Below are positions 40,701-52,645 of a DNA stretch of 64,000 nucleotides, piece by piece. Source of the stretch: Leucoraja ocellata (taxonomy: Eukaryota). Both the position numbers and the translations under genes were made by a program. How positions within the stretch are numbered: position 1 is the stretch's first letter; every line of letters starts with the position of its first letter. The stretch is from the NCBI GenBank assembly GCA_036785375.1, contig JAWMAR010000065.1, positions 5,084,001 through 5,148,000 on the forward strand. The letters run 5' to 3'. The notes under the pieces were generated by a model. The model had not been told where the DNA came from, made no database searches, and saw nothing but the letters and a program-made list of their open reading frames with translations.

Positions 40701-42360
40701 TACTTGGCAAGATAACCACCTTATTTGTGGACCTAAATGTATTTATTTCTAAACAATGCATTTTCAACAAGAAATCTGCAAGCCTAAACCCTGTCTAAAA
40801 CAGACAAAATACCACATTTTTATTTTGAGGGTTTTTAATTTTGCTAAGATTCTGCTATAACCCCTTTAAATCTTAAATTGTTTTCCATTCAAGCCTCTTA
40901 AAATTTAAGAATTGCATGTTAAGCAATGTTGGAGTGAACAAAATAAAATCATTATTTAAAAGCTCTCCCATATATTTAAAATATGAACTGGAATGGCCAG
41001 CAACATGCCTCAAATCAGTTCCTTTGACACCTTCACAAATCTGTCCATTCAGTTGCAAGAGATCCAAATGTCTCAATTACTATTGTGTACAAAAAACTGC
41101 ACCTTACAATTTTTTTAAATCTCAAGCCACAGTGTAAATGACACTTTAACAGACGTGCAAAGATTTTATTGACAAGGCAGTTCAAATGATGCCTTATGAA
41201 AGAAAAATCAAGTCATTTTGAAAGTTGCCATTTTGGTCTAAATATAAAACGTCAACAAAATGAGCATAGATTTCACCACTTCAACCAATGCAACCAGAAC
41301 TTTCATAGAATGACAGTTTCAGAATCATTCTCTGTAAACATCTTCACCCCTTTCTTGAATCCAACACGTGGATTTAATTTGAAACGGCACTTTAGAAAAA
41401 GGGGGAGAGCGCCTAAATTGTAAATAAAATCTATGTGCAATCTATGCAACGACGACATCCAGTCCAAGAGGATAGTTTCATTGTTCAGTGCCTCTTGTCA
41501 AAAACTATCAAAGTTTCCCCTAGTTTATTTCACGTGACTCTGGTGGTATTTCACGGGAGTTGACAGTTCGAGAGATCGTAGAGGTGAACTGGGACGAGAC
41601 ATGAAGCCTATCCAGTCTAGCAAATTAGCCCCAATCGCGGGAATAATATCCCGCTGTGACTCCCATTGTAATGCACGATGACCTGTAAATTTCCAGCACA
41701 GTTAAGATTTGACAAAAAGGTCTGACTCCCTCAATCGGAATGCCACGAAAACAAAAGCAAACCCGGTGCAACAGAGTCCTATACTCTGAAAAAACATTCC
41801 GAAGTCGCTTTCTACAAATTACTATAATGACTCTTGAACAAAAGCTGCACCTTTTCAAAAACACGCCTTTTGTCGCTCAATCAGCTTGCAGAAATAAAAA
41901 CAGGATTTTCCTGTGTATGTGTGTGTGTGTGTGAGAGAAAGAGCAAAAAAGAGGCAAAATGTAAATAATGTGGTCACTAAAATATAAGACCCTGAAACAA
42001 ACAACTCTCAATGTGGCGATTGACAGAAGAATGTTGAACAACATTCACTTGTTGAACTAAAATAGAGGGGGGGGGGGGGGGGGGGGGAGGGGTTGTTGAT
42101 TTATTTTGCACCCACAAATTCCTGCACTCCTCCACAACTACCCAGGACACATCGACTCTGCCAGCAATAGTAACAAAAAGTAACCAGAGCATCAAAAATG
42201 AGTTTGCAACTATTATTTTTGGAGGTGGTGGTGGTGGCGGGGGATCTTTTTTTTAAAAATAAAAGCATTTCAGACTCTTTTTCAGAATGGGAGGAGAAAC
42301 GTGGCAAAGGAGGGGGTGGAGAATGTAACACTGCTCATTAAAAGTTGTGTGTCTTTCTTT

Positions 42361-42364
<4 letters not shown>

Positions 42365-42397
<33 letters not shown>
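42365..42397. repeat. (TA)n microsatellite
   Basis: Perfect TA run ~100 nt into intron 3. Confidence 0.95.
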
Positions 42398-42406
<9 letters not shown>

Positions 42407-42495
42407 AATGTCCTGTACACAAAATACTTTAAAAACGTTTTGATTTTATTTTTAAAAGAGGCTTCTTTAAAAACATATGTAAACGCACAACCTAC

Positions 42496-42620
42496 CGTCC
42501 TTGCGCTGGGAGATAAAGATCCATTGGGGAGGTATGGGCTTGCCAGGTCAGGAATCATAATGAAGGGGTAGCCGGGGTATGGTGGGCCCTTGAACAGGCC
42601 TCCTCCATCTTGCCTCTTTG
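42496..42620 (-). CDS. TCF7L2: TCF7L2 coding exon 3 (start at 42620 or 42623, tandem acceptor)
   Basis: Encodes (A)[41 protein letters not shown]; donor ACG|GTAGGT; acceptor GAGCAG, both options in phase with exon 2. Confidence 0.95.
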
Positions 42621-42868
42621 CTGCTCGGACAAGAAACATGGCGGGGAATAAGAGAGAGAGAGAGAGAGAGAAACAAAGTTAAGGATCAAAACTTTTTCTC
42701 AACACTTTTTTTAAACAACAAGAGGAATGTTCAAGGGGGTGGGGATCAGCCGCTCGCACCTCAGAGACGGAACAGTGGAGTGTTTTGGCAAAAAACAAAC
42801 AAATCGAAATAGGAACGTTTCTTTCCCCTTTTTTTTCCCTCCCCCCCTCCATTCCCCGAGCAACTCAC

Positions 42869-42938
42869 CTTCTTCTAAACTCTCCCTGGACTTGTCCCGA
42901 AAAGTTTCTGAATGCCGAGGCGGCGGCCGCCTTTCCGC
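42869..42938 (-). CDS. TCF7L2: TCF7L2 coding exon 2
   Basis: Acceptor ttcctcAG|GCG, donor GAAG|GTGAGT; 70 nt encoding AERRPPPRHSETFRDKSRESLEE plus 1 nt. The PPPR..FRDKSRESLEE motif is TCF7L2-type. Confidence 0.95.
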
Positions 42939-43234
42939 CTGAGGAACATGGTGGATGGCCGGAGAGAGAGGGAGACAAGAGTTGCGATTGTTTAGCAGAG
43001 ATCATCAGGTTGCAAGATTGTTATTTTTCTTCAGAAATGGTGAAATAAAACACATAAATACACAATCTCACGCCTGCAAAGTACGTGGGGATTTTTCTTG
43101 TGAGTGTTACAACTAATAATAACGACCCCCCCCACCTCCTCCCTTCCCTTCCCCACACACAAACAGACTTTATCTCCATGCCCCCCCCCCCCCAACATAA
43201 TATTAAAAACATAAACAAGAGCTTTGCTCCTTAC

Positions 43235-43423
43235 CTCGGAATCTGATGAACTGTTTTGGTTGGTCTCTGACTCGTTTACTAATGAAGACTTGACGTCTGC
43301 TAAATCCCTTTCTGCAGAAGCGTTTTCCGAGATCTTTTCTTCCTGCTCCCCTTCATCTTTAAAAGAGATCATTTCATCATTGGCCCCTAGATCGTCGCCG
43401 CCACCGCTGTTGAGCTGCGGCAT
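43235..43423 (-). CDS. TCF7L2: TCF7L2 coding exon 1 (beta-catenin-binding domain)
   Basis: Translates [63 protein letters not shown]; 189 nt ending at a GAG|GTAAGG donor; near-identical to the vertebrate TCF7L2 N-terminus. Confidence 0.97.
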
Positions 43424-43980
43424 CTTTTAATTTTTTTTTAAATGCCCCCCTTTTTTTCCCCCCTGTTTTTTAAATATATATATAATGTGCTCGACTTGCT
43501 GCAACTCGGTCGGAGGGGGGAAAAGGAGTGGGGAGGAGGAAGGGGGGTTGTTGTTAATCCGCCGCAAGTATTGCTTTTTTTTTCTCTCTCTTCTACTACT
43601 TTTTTTTCTCTCTCTTCTTCTTCTTCTTCCTCTTCCTCTTCTTCTTCTTCTTCTTCTTCTTGCCCCCCTCGCTGTCTGGGAGTAAGTAAATAAATTGCAG
43701 GAGCGGTAATTGTTAGTGAGTACACGCCGAGGAGCTGGCTCTCCTGCTCGGAGTGAAGTTGTTGCAGACTCGGCGGCGGCTGCTCCACTTCAAAGGCTCG
43801 CCGCTGTTTGATTGACACTGTGATTGACAGGAAAAGCTCCACAGACTGTCCCGCTTGCAAACTAATGAGATGCACAAGAGGGCAATGCGTAGCGAGTAAT
43901 GAGGAGGGACTTCCATGACGTCTGCATAAATAAATTACTAGGGAACACAGAGAGAGAGAGAGAGAGAGAGAGAGGGGTTG
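43424..43980 (-). promoter_or_regulatory. TCF7L2: TCF7L2 5'UTR / proximal promoter
   Basis: CpG-enriched and free of recognisable TEs; no upstream ATG between 43424 and ~43913; purine-rich (GAA)n tract; TCF site CCTTTGAAG (43788-43796), paired TGATTGACA motifs (43809-43830), CRE-like TGACGTC near 43917. TSS not determinable. Confidence 0.7.
43612..43660. repeat. (TTC/CTC)n trinucleotide tract in the putative 5'UTR
   Basis: Direct reading; (GAA/GAG)n on the transcribed strand. Confidence 0.9.
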
Positions 43981-45038
43981 GCTGAAGGTTTTTTTTTAGT
44001 TATAATCAAAAGCCCTTGAACTTGATTTCCTCGATTTTTTAATGTGTTTTCTCTTTGCTCTGCTCCGTTTTGATCATCGTAACTTTTGCTCCAGTTTTTC
44101 CGTCAGCCCATCAAGGGCTCCTAGTTTTTTTTTCTCTCATTGCAACATGCTGCCTTAGCCATCGATCTTTATATATATATAAATATATATATATATTACA
44201 CACAGTGAATCAAGCGGTTTATTTTGAAACTGACAACATCTTCATGTGTCGTGTTAAGACCCTGTCTTGACCAGGCCTTTAACTGCAAATGCTAATTAAC
44301 GCAAACCTAATTTCAAATAAAAACTAATAATGAATATGTAACTGAACTGAAATTGACCGTTTTTGTTGATATCGAGTGGTTATTAAGTGTATTGTAATCT
44401 GTTACCGTTATTTCCCGCGTTGCTCCCACAACAACATAGAGAACATAGTGACATTTTCCACGAATTTCCACCTCTGCAACAATAGTAATTTTGAGAATGA
44501 ACTGGACGATATGATTAGGATTTATTTTTTTTAACGGAAACTTTGGACCGTGTCGAATTTCGACTTTAACAGACCCGTATAGATACAACCTTCAACATTA
44601 ACTGAAATGTCGAAGTTCATTCGCACTAAGGTATGTCCAATAACATCGTAAGAACGCTCTCAGTAGCTCAGTGTAAGAGAATGGTTCAAACACAGTTGTG
44701 TGAAAATGCTGCATTTTGCATCTTGCACAGTTCGTCCGGATCGCCTACAGAAACAAGAAATTATCAAATTAACACACTTTCGGGTAGTTCGCACACAGTT
44801 GGCTAATCTATTTGAAAATATACTGATTTCACAAGAAATTAATAATACAAAAATGCAACACATTCATTACACATTGCATAATCACTATTTTAACACTATT
44901 GTTGTTTCAAATATTTATGTGATGGTCAATTATTTATTTTCTGCCCTTTTATTAGACCACCTTATGAATGAAATGTGTTGGTGCATCAAATGAGCATGCT
45001 GTGTATAAACTGTACGGGGAATTAACATCTCTCTGTCT

Positions 45039-45294
45039 CCTTTGATTCGGGCGATTACTAACGCCTCTGCTGCCCTAATACAAAAGGGATCGCTTTTTAC
45101 TTAGCTATATTAAATCAGCACATGCACATTATAAAGCATTACAAAGACAAAGGCAAGATTTGCATCCGTATGCAACTGTCTTTCAACTATTATTAAGCCA
45201 TCATTGATGTGTGAAAAATTGATGTTCTGTAAGAGGACTAATAGTGGAGGAGGGATTCGAGGTGGAGTTGTTGGCACTTTGATCTTTGATCGGC
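45039..45294. promoter_or_regulatory. Cluster of TCF/LEF consensus sites upstream of TCF7L2
   Basis: CCTTTGATT at 45039-45047 and tandem CTTTGATCTTTGATC at 45277-45291. Confidence 0.4.
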
Positions 45295-48200
45295 AAATTC
45301 CGATTTTTCTTTGTGCGACGATATTTGGTAAATCAGATTTGCACTCCACGTGTTGTGGGGAGTAAAACCATCATTGCTTACTTCCGGGTATGAGGGGGGA
45401 AATTAAAGCCCAAACTGGTAATGACGTTTGATTATTTCTCTATGCTTATCAATTTTAATGGCGTTTTCCTCTTATTGATTATCGCAGACCTCTGGGACTG
45501 AGCGCAGTAATGTTGTAAGGTATTAACAAATGGTAAAGTACGTGAATTGTACGGCATAAATAACTACTTTCACATTTCGGATGATTTTCACAATGTTTAT
45601 ATTTTGCTTCGTGAAACAATTGATTGAAGTGTTTCTATTTAAACAAAACATCAAAACGTTTTCATTGAAGATGAAAAAATAACATCAATGTCAACACGCA
45701 CCTTAATTAATTAATACAGTAATAATGTGCATTATTAATGTTGATAGGTCAAAACCATGTCTGATTTGAATATACCACAGAGAAAACCTTATGGTTAACA
45801 CTGGCAGAGTAAGAGGACTGTTATATTTAATTGGCCCGTTATTTTTTATTTAAGCATGATGTTTTCACAGTTTATTGTGTCCCTGGCGGCAACCAACCAG
45901 AAAGGGTCATGACACGAACATTGGAAAGATTGGAAAAATAGAGAAGGACATGGAACAGATTAAGCGGAATACACCCAGATACCAGGCTGAAGGGATTGCT
46001 CCTCCTCAGTAGCAAGGAGGCTATGGACTTGCTGGAGGCATGATGATGCATTGGGGAATTTTAACAGGAACATCGGGACCATATCTCTCCAAAAACGCTT
46101 TAAAAAAAATTCCATTGCACACACAGAGGTGGATCTCCCAAAGACACAACTGCCTTCAACAAAGAAACACCTTGTGCAGCAGCAGAGAGGAGATTCAGAA
46201 AGGTGGCTTCTACTCTCTGGCAATTTCGGAGTCTGTGCCCTTATTTTTCATTATTTTTACATACCAATACAGAGGAGGGGGAAAAAGTTATATTGAACAC
46301 GCGAAGCTTAATTTTCGCCCGTATAACGTTTTTTGCTTTAATCTACAAAATTCTTTACTATCCTGACCCATTTCTTGCGGCAACGTGTTTGGACCCAATC
46401 GCGTGTCAAAGAACCGCACAATGCTGAATGTACATTAGAAGTAATGGGATTGTTCCATAAACTTGCTTGACGGAAAGATTGTTTACTCTTACTTCGTATT
46501 GATCTGTTTATATTGATTTTTGTTATTGTTGTTGCCCAAAGATGCCGCTAAAGTTCCCTCTGTTGCTTTCTCTGGGAAAGGTGTAGGAGGATTAAAACAA
46601 GTTTGAAGTTTCGGCACTTGTTTGTTATATATATATATATATATATATAAATCCCAATCCCAAGGTATTCAATTAGTTAAAATGAGCATTGCATATCATC
46701 GTATGTTATTTTGTAGATGCGGTTATTTCGACACATGACCATGGAATAGTCATGTACAATATTACCATATTTCAAAATTAATTGCATGACAAAGGATGCT
46801 TAAGCGCGGATGCCTTAAATTTCACGCAATTCACTTTCTTATCTAAATCGTTTGTATCGCAAAAAGACGGCGCCCGAAATCACAATGGCAATGTTAATTT
46901 GCTGTTAAATGATACACTAGGTATCTATTGAGCACTACTATTAACCGCCAGGTAATTTCGTTAAATAAAGTTTGTCTTTTTAAATTCTTCAATACTCTCA
47001 GAGGCGTGACTGGAAATGAACCATATTAATTGATCCAAGATGTACGCAGTGCTGGCAAGATTTTGGAAGTTACTCAGTCTGTAAATCACATATTGCAGCA
47101 AGCAGATTGTTTACATTGGACAAACCAAAAACAATCACTTTTCATTGCAATGGTTTAAAGGTTTTACGCTTGCCATGTGCTTGGGAGAAAGGAGTCTGTC
47201 GCAAATTCTGAGAATGCTATTTATACGAGAGCGTTCGAAACCACAGACAATTACTGATGTGGAGAAAAGGAAATAAAGAGAGAAACTGAAAGGGAGAAAC
47301 TGAAAGAATAAAGAGATGAGTCAAGAAGGAAATAAGTAAGAGTTTGTAAAACAAGTCGTTTTGCGTAGGTTTTAACAAAGAGTTTTTGTTTTAACTTTGA
47401 ATCAAACGTTTTACCATCAATCTGCACATTTATTTATAACGTCCTGTGTAGTTATCAACTGTACAGCCAAGGGGGAAAAATGAAGTTTTATAGCAAAAAA
47501 AGGTATATTGACAGAGTAAGGTTAAAATAGTGCAGGTATGTTGCAGCATGGGATGTGTTTTTATTCTGCCATAATTATAAATTAACATAATTGTGGAAAT
47601 GCTATCCCTGATTAAAAATGAAAAGTATAGCAGCATATTTTGATTTACCTGGCCACAATAAAGAGGGAATACTCCAAATGGACAAGGTGGTCAAAAAGTC
47701 TCTATGCAGTAAAGATGAACTAAATGTAGCCATGAATGATTATTTGCAAACAAAAGTCCAGGCTTTATCCATAACATTAAAGCCTGCCAAACGTCCCATA
47801 CGCTATTAAGGAATACATTGATATGTCTGATAATAAAAATAATTGATGCTCTGAAAGATAACATAGTGATACACAATACATATAAAATGCAGAGAGCCTA
47901 ATTATGGCACATTGTTATATTAACAAAATAACTTGCATGGGAAAACAATAGCTGGACATTATCACCTTATTGTTCATGGGAGTTAGTTGTGCAAGAAACA
48001 TACAGTTTTCACCCATGGCTACACAGTAGAGTTTGTTCATTAACTGTTAAGTACTCATCCCCGATGTAACAGAAGGCACTATATAAATGCAAGCTTTTAA
48101 GTTTTGCAATCCAATGAGAGCACACTCATACATACCTGTAAAAATAGCTTCAAAATAACATGTTGGTGAGCACACTGATATTTCAATGAAACAAAATTTA

Positions 48201-48440
48201 ATTATATAACTTAACATTGACTGATAATTCCATAAAAAATACACTGGCATCTCAATAAAACATACTTAATCCATTAAATTACATTCAAGCCCAAATGTAA
48301 TATGCAATGATATTAAAGCACATTCATGTTCTAAAAAAGTTCATCCACAACAGCAGATATGATCATTCAGTTTAATAAAATCTACTATTGCCAAACAAGA
48401 ATATTAATGTATTTTATCCACACCAGGAGTGTAAAAGCAT

Positions 48441-48632
48441 GTAGGAAGGAACTGCAGATGCTGGTTTATACCGAAGATAGACACAAAATGCAGGAATACT
48501 CAACGGGTCAGGCAGCATCTCTGGAGAAAAAGAAAAGGTGATGTTTAGGGTAGGAACTTGAAACATCACTTTTTGATTTTTCTCCAGAGACACTGCCTGA
48601 CCCACTGAGTTGCTTTGTGCACTTTGTGTTTA
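48441..48632. repeat. Penelope-derived fold-back repeat
   Basis: ctcaacgggtcaggcagcatctctggagaaaaa...tttttctccagagacactgcctgacccactgag inverted arms. Confidence 0.75.
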
Positions 48633-50334
48633 TAAAGGCTTTGTGTTGTAAGGGCATCATTTTCCAGGAGGCCTCTGCTACACAAAAGTGATAAAATGAT
48701 TCCACATCACAAATGGACAGAATTTTTTTCTAACACAATTGTTCATATAGATGCAGACTTTGAAACAGAACATGTTACTTAACGTCTACCAATCATAGAT
48801 TCAAATATTTCAATTGCTTAACATCACAGCCTCTTTGGAGAGAGAGAATAATTTTCTCTAAATCGCAGGAATGCAGCCTAATATTTTATTACCTGGCATT
48901 GTCGTTAACCCTTTAAACCCCAGAATCATTGCACAACATCCCCACCTAAGCCAATATGTCTTGCCTGTAGCGAGAATGCTCAGAACTGAAGACAATGGGA
49001 GTAATCCATATCCTCTTTGCATTCCAGTTCTCACGAGAACAAAATATTAGCTTTTTTGATTATTTTTAGAATTCACATTCAAAGGCTTGTGTGCATTGAC
49101 TCCCAATTTGTTTTGGCTCCATCATGATTCCTTGTCTCTTATGGATTCCAAATGATTTTTATATTACATTATATTAAATCATGCTGATTTGTCTCCCTTG
49201 GATTCAAAATGAATTGCTTAACACATCTCCATCAAGAAATGTATGAGTCTTTCCTGCTCAATTAATAAGTCAAAACCAGTGGTGAACTTCAAAGGGTTGC
49301 CATCAACCAGCACATTAAGTGCAAACCTAACATTATGGATTTCCCCGTTGTCAAAGCACTCCCAATTTTCAATAGCAATGACATAATACCTTGACATGGT
49401 CATGGACGTGAGGTTTGCAAGACAACTCGCGACCGTGAAATAACCAAAAAAATCTTTGACACTCACCTATGTTAGTCTAACCTACATAAACTAATGACAT
49501 TTCTGAGTGCCTCAGAAATTCATATTCAAAAATTATTTAAATCAATAAACCATATGGAGAACCATGAGCTATATTTTAAAAGTAAACTAAATAAAGGAAT
49601 ACTTTAGAATTAAAAAAAAATAACTTGACAAAACTCAGTTTTAAATGTATAGATTACATTACCTTGTTCCTGAGCCTGACTGAACCAAACCTTTCCAAAG
49701 CGATTCCACCTGAAAGCAGAATACTGAGGAAAATTTACCTGAGGCACCAGTTTGTTTACTGTAATGCATTAAAAAAACCCCAGTAAGCCAAAGGGTTCTA
49801 CATGAGTGGAAATCAGTCAATGGTGGCCAAGGAAGGCCGAAAGAGAAGACTTTATTTCCTTTTCCACCGATAGGACAAAGATGGCCAGTCAAGCTTTGAG
49901 AAGAAAAATGTTGTCTTTCAGACGTCAAGGAGCGCCACCAAGGAGTGGCTAAGAGTGTGGGGGAGTCTGCAGACATATAGATCTCAAGGTGTCATCCTTC
50001 ATTATGCTCTTGACCATATCTGGTTAGGGCCCTGTTGGGAAGACTGCAGTCACAGTAGGATTCAATGTTAGCATGCTTTGAAGTTATGGTGAAAGTCCAA
50101 GTAACTGGAAGGCAGCAGCTGGTTTTTGGATGTTAGCACATGTATGCATTCACTTTCTCCTTAACCAATAAGCCATTGTCAGTAGTCTTTTGGGCAACAG
50201 CACCTCTATTGCACCTGAATTTATAAAGTGTTCACCTTGTGTGCCATACCATGCCGAAGCCAAAGTGAAATACAATGTTTATATTAAAGTTGACCTGGAT
50301 TCACTTTGATTTGGCTATCACCACAACAGGTTAA

Positions 50335-50588
50335 CAACTGCTACCTCACTCAGTCTTCACTCTGCTTTGGACCATCTGGATACCAGGAACACATATATCA
50401 GGCTGCTGTCCATCTACTACAGCTTACCATTCATCATAACAATCTTCCAAGCTCATCACATAGTTTCAAGACCTGGACCTTGGTACTTTCCTCTGCAACT
50501 GGATCCTTAACTTCCTCATCGGCCAACCTCAATCAATGTGGATCGGAAACATAATCTCATCCTCACTGACCATCAACAAGGCTGTGTT
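50335..50588 (+). mobile_element. Decayed Rex1-like RT fragment
   Basis: ctctgcaactggatccttaacttcctcatcggc ([11 protein letters not shown]) and SSSLTIN motifs. Confidence 0.65.
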
Positions 50589-50612
50589 ATCTCTGTTACC
50601 TAGGTAACCTAA

Positions 50613-51221
50613 GGTAGACACAAAATGCCTGACGGGCAGCATCTCTGGAGAGAAGGAATGGGTGACGTTTCAGGTCATGACGCTTCTTCAGATTAGAGTC
50701 AGGGGAAAGGGAAACGTGAGATATAGATGGTGCAGTAGAGAGATAAAGAACAAATGAATGATAGATATGCAAAAAGGTAACAGGCCATTCTTAGCTGTTT
50801 GCTAGGTGACAATGAGAAGCTTGTGTGACTTGGGTGCGGGTGGGATGGAGTGAGAGTTACTTGAAGTTTGAGAAATCCATATTCATACCACTGGGCTGTA
50901 AGCTGCCCAAGCGAAATATGAGATGTTCTTCCTCCAATTTGCTTATAGCGTCACTCTGACATTGAAGGAGGCCTGGCAGAAAGGTCAGTGTGGGAATGGG
51001 AAGGGAAATTAAAGTGTTTGGCAACCGGGAGATCAGTTAGGTCTGGGCGGACTGAGCGAAGGTGTTCAGCGAAACGATCTCCAGTCGACGTTTGGTCTTC
51101 CCAATATAAGAGTTCATATCTTGAACAATGGATACAGAAGGTGAGGTTGGGGGAGGTGCAAGTGAACCTCTACTTAACTTGAAAGGACTGTTGGGGGTCC
51201 CTGGACGGAGTCGATGGAGGA
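50613..51221 (-). mobile_element. Penelope-like element, 3' part: GIY-YIG endonuclease and terminal repeat with hammerhead core
   Basis: Decayed RFTCTSPNLTFCIHCSR..YIGKTKRRL..RFAEHLRSV..PVAKHFN; downstream ctgaagaagcgtcatgacctgaaacgtcaccc hammerhead-like motif in the same sense. Confidence 0.9.
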
Positions 51222-51946
51222 GGTATTGTTGTAATAACTGAAGCCTTACACCATGATAAAGGTCCAAATACTTTATTAACGACATAGCATATATAACTTC
51301 ATACTAGCATGTCTTTCTAATTCTAAAGGAAACAGGCAGGGAGGACAACTGTAAAAGCAGGTGGGCGTAACTACCAAAGCATGACTCATAACATGAGTGA
51401 CACTGATCGACATCCTCCCTGTTAAAGAATCAATAACATGACAAACCCATTCACTAAGTAAGGCATGCATGGCAATTGATAATAAACTGGAGGAAAGTCA
51501 AACATAGTCCGGGTACTTCACAACCGGCCTACACACACGACCAGCACATGTACGATAGAGACCATCTCCGTTCTTTCTCCCCGGGGAGAGGGCAGGTGGC
51601 TTCACAGGCAAGGGAGACTGGACCAGCATTCCTGGAGACGAAGCAGGAGACTGTGGCGCAGGCAAAGACGTCACGGACAGAAGGACCGCTGCAGACATGG
51701 ATTGTTGTGCTGGTAGAGGCATAGGAGTGCTGCTAAACGCAGACGGAAGTGTACTTGTATGGTCTGGATAATATGGAGGAGGAACTGGTTTGTTCACTTT
51801 GAACACAGTCCCACATAGCATGGGAAATCTTATGAGCCGGCCGAACAACTGGAATTGCCTCAGGGTCAATGGTAATTGTGTAACTGACAGGCAACCTGCC
51901 CAGCTTGTTGTCAAACAAATCCTTATATTGTGTTAGGATTTGATGG

Positions 51947-52485
51947 TTAAAGTTTGGAAGTAATCAAACCCATGTCTAGGCATGAGTTGGCACCCAGTAG
52001 AGATGGCACATTTTCACGTACTACATAAAAATCCAGGTTGGGGACATATGAGTTAAGACAGCAGCGCAACTCAACTTGGCCGATAGGGTGCACTCGACTT
52101 CCAGCAAATGAGACAAGAGATGCAGCGGTTGGAGATACCGTTTCTGTTTTTCTTAGCACCTGTAAAACAGCCAAGCAGATAACGTTGCAACGAGCTCCAG
52201 AATCGACCATCAGATAAAGCGTTTTGTCATTAATGAGTAAAGCGACCTTAGAGTCCAGTTGTTTATGCACTAAATCAGACAAGGCATGTACAACGACGTG
52301 AACTGGTTGTGAGAACTCAGAGATAACACTTTCACGGCCAAGCGAATTAACAGATTGTCTCGTTTGAAATCTGTTACTACGTGAACGACAACACTTAATT
52401 AAATGGTTTCTTTTGTTGCAGAATCGACATAGTTTCCCATACGCAGGGCAATGGTCACGAACAGCGGCATGTTGTGAGAACTCCA
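51947..52485 (-). pseudogene. Gypsy A gag zinc knuckle and aspartic protease
   Basis: CPAYGKLCRFCNKRNHLIKCC and LMVDSGARCNVI...SLLGANSCLDMGLI. Confidence 0.9.
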
Positions 52486-52645
52486 TGGTGTTAGAAGAGG
52501 GATTCGAACCAGTGAACTTAACAGAATGGTGTCTCTAGGTGTGATTACTCCCGTAACTGACCCCTCGGACTGGGTCTCCACAATGGTTGTCGCTACTAAG
52601 AAGAACAGAGACGAGATATGGATTTGTATCAACCTCAAGGACTTA

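Larger units (their letters stand above)
1..42495 (-). other. TCF7L2: Large TCF7L2 intron after exon 3 (continues beyond window; may hide unrecognised cassette exons)
   Basis: GT donor at 42495; no YLQMKWPLLDV- or LHFQSG-like exon found by eye downstream; vertebrate TCF7L2 has very long introns here. Confidence 0.75.

Noticed and set aside
1-42495. Downstream TCF7L2 exons (YLQMKWPLLDV.., LHFQSG..)
   Set aside because: No matching codons found by eye; probably beyond the window, though a diverged exon or one in the gap cannot be excluded.
43438-43875. 145-aa minus-strand ORF with a poly-Glu run upstream of TCF7L2
   Set aside because: Poly-Glu derives from the (GAA/GAG)n tract; non-ATG start; lies in 5'UTR/promoter and stops before the true ATG.
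45960-46430. Cluster of short ORFs upstream of TCF7L2 as a possible divergent gene
   Set aside because: No recognisable domain or consistent splice structure; a non-coding divergent transcript cannot be assessed.
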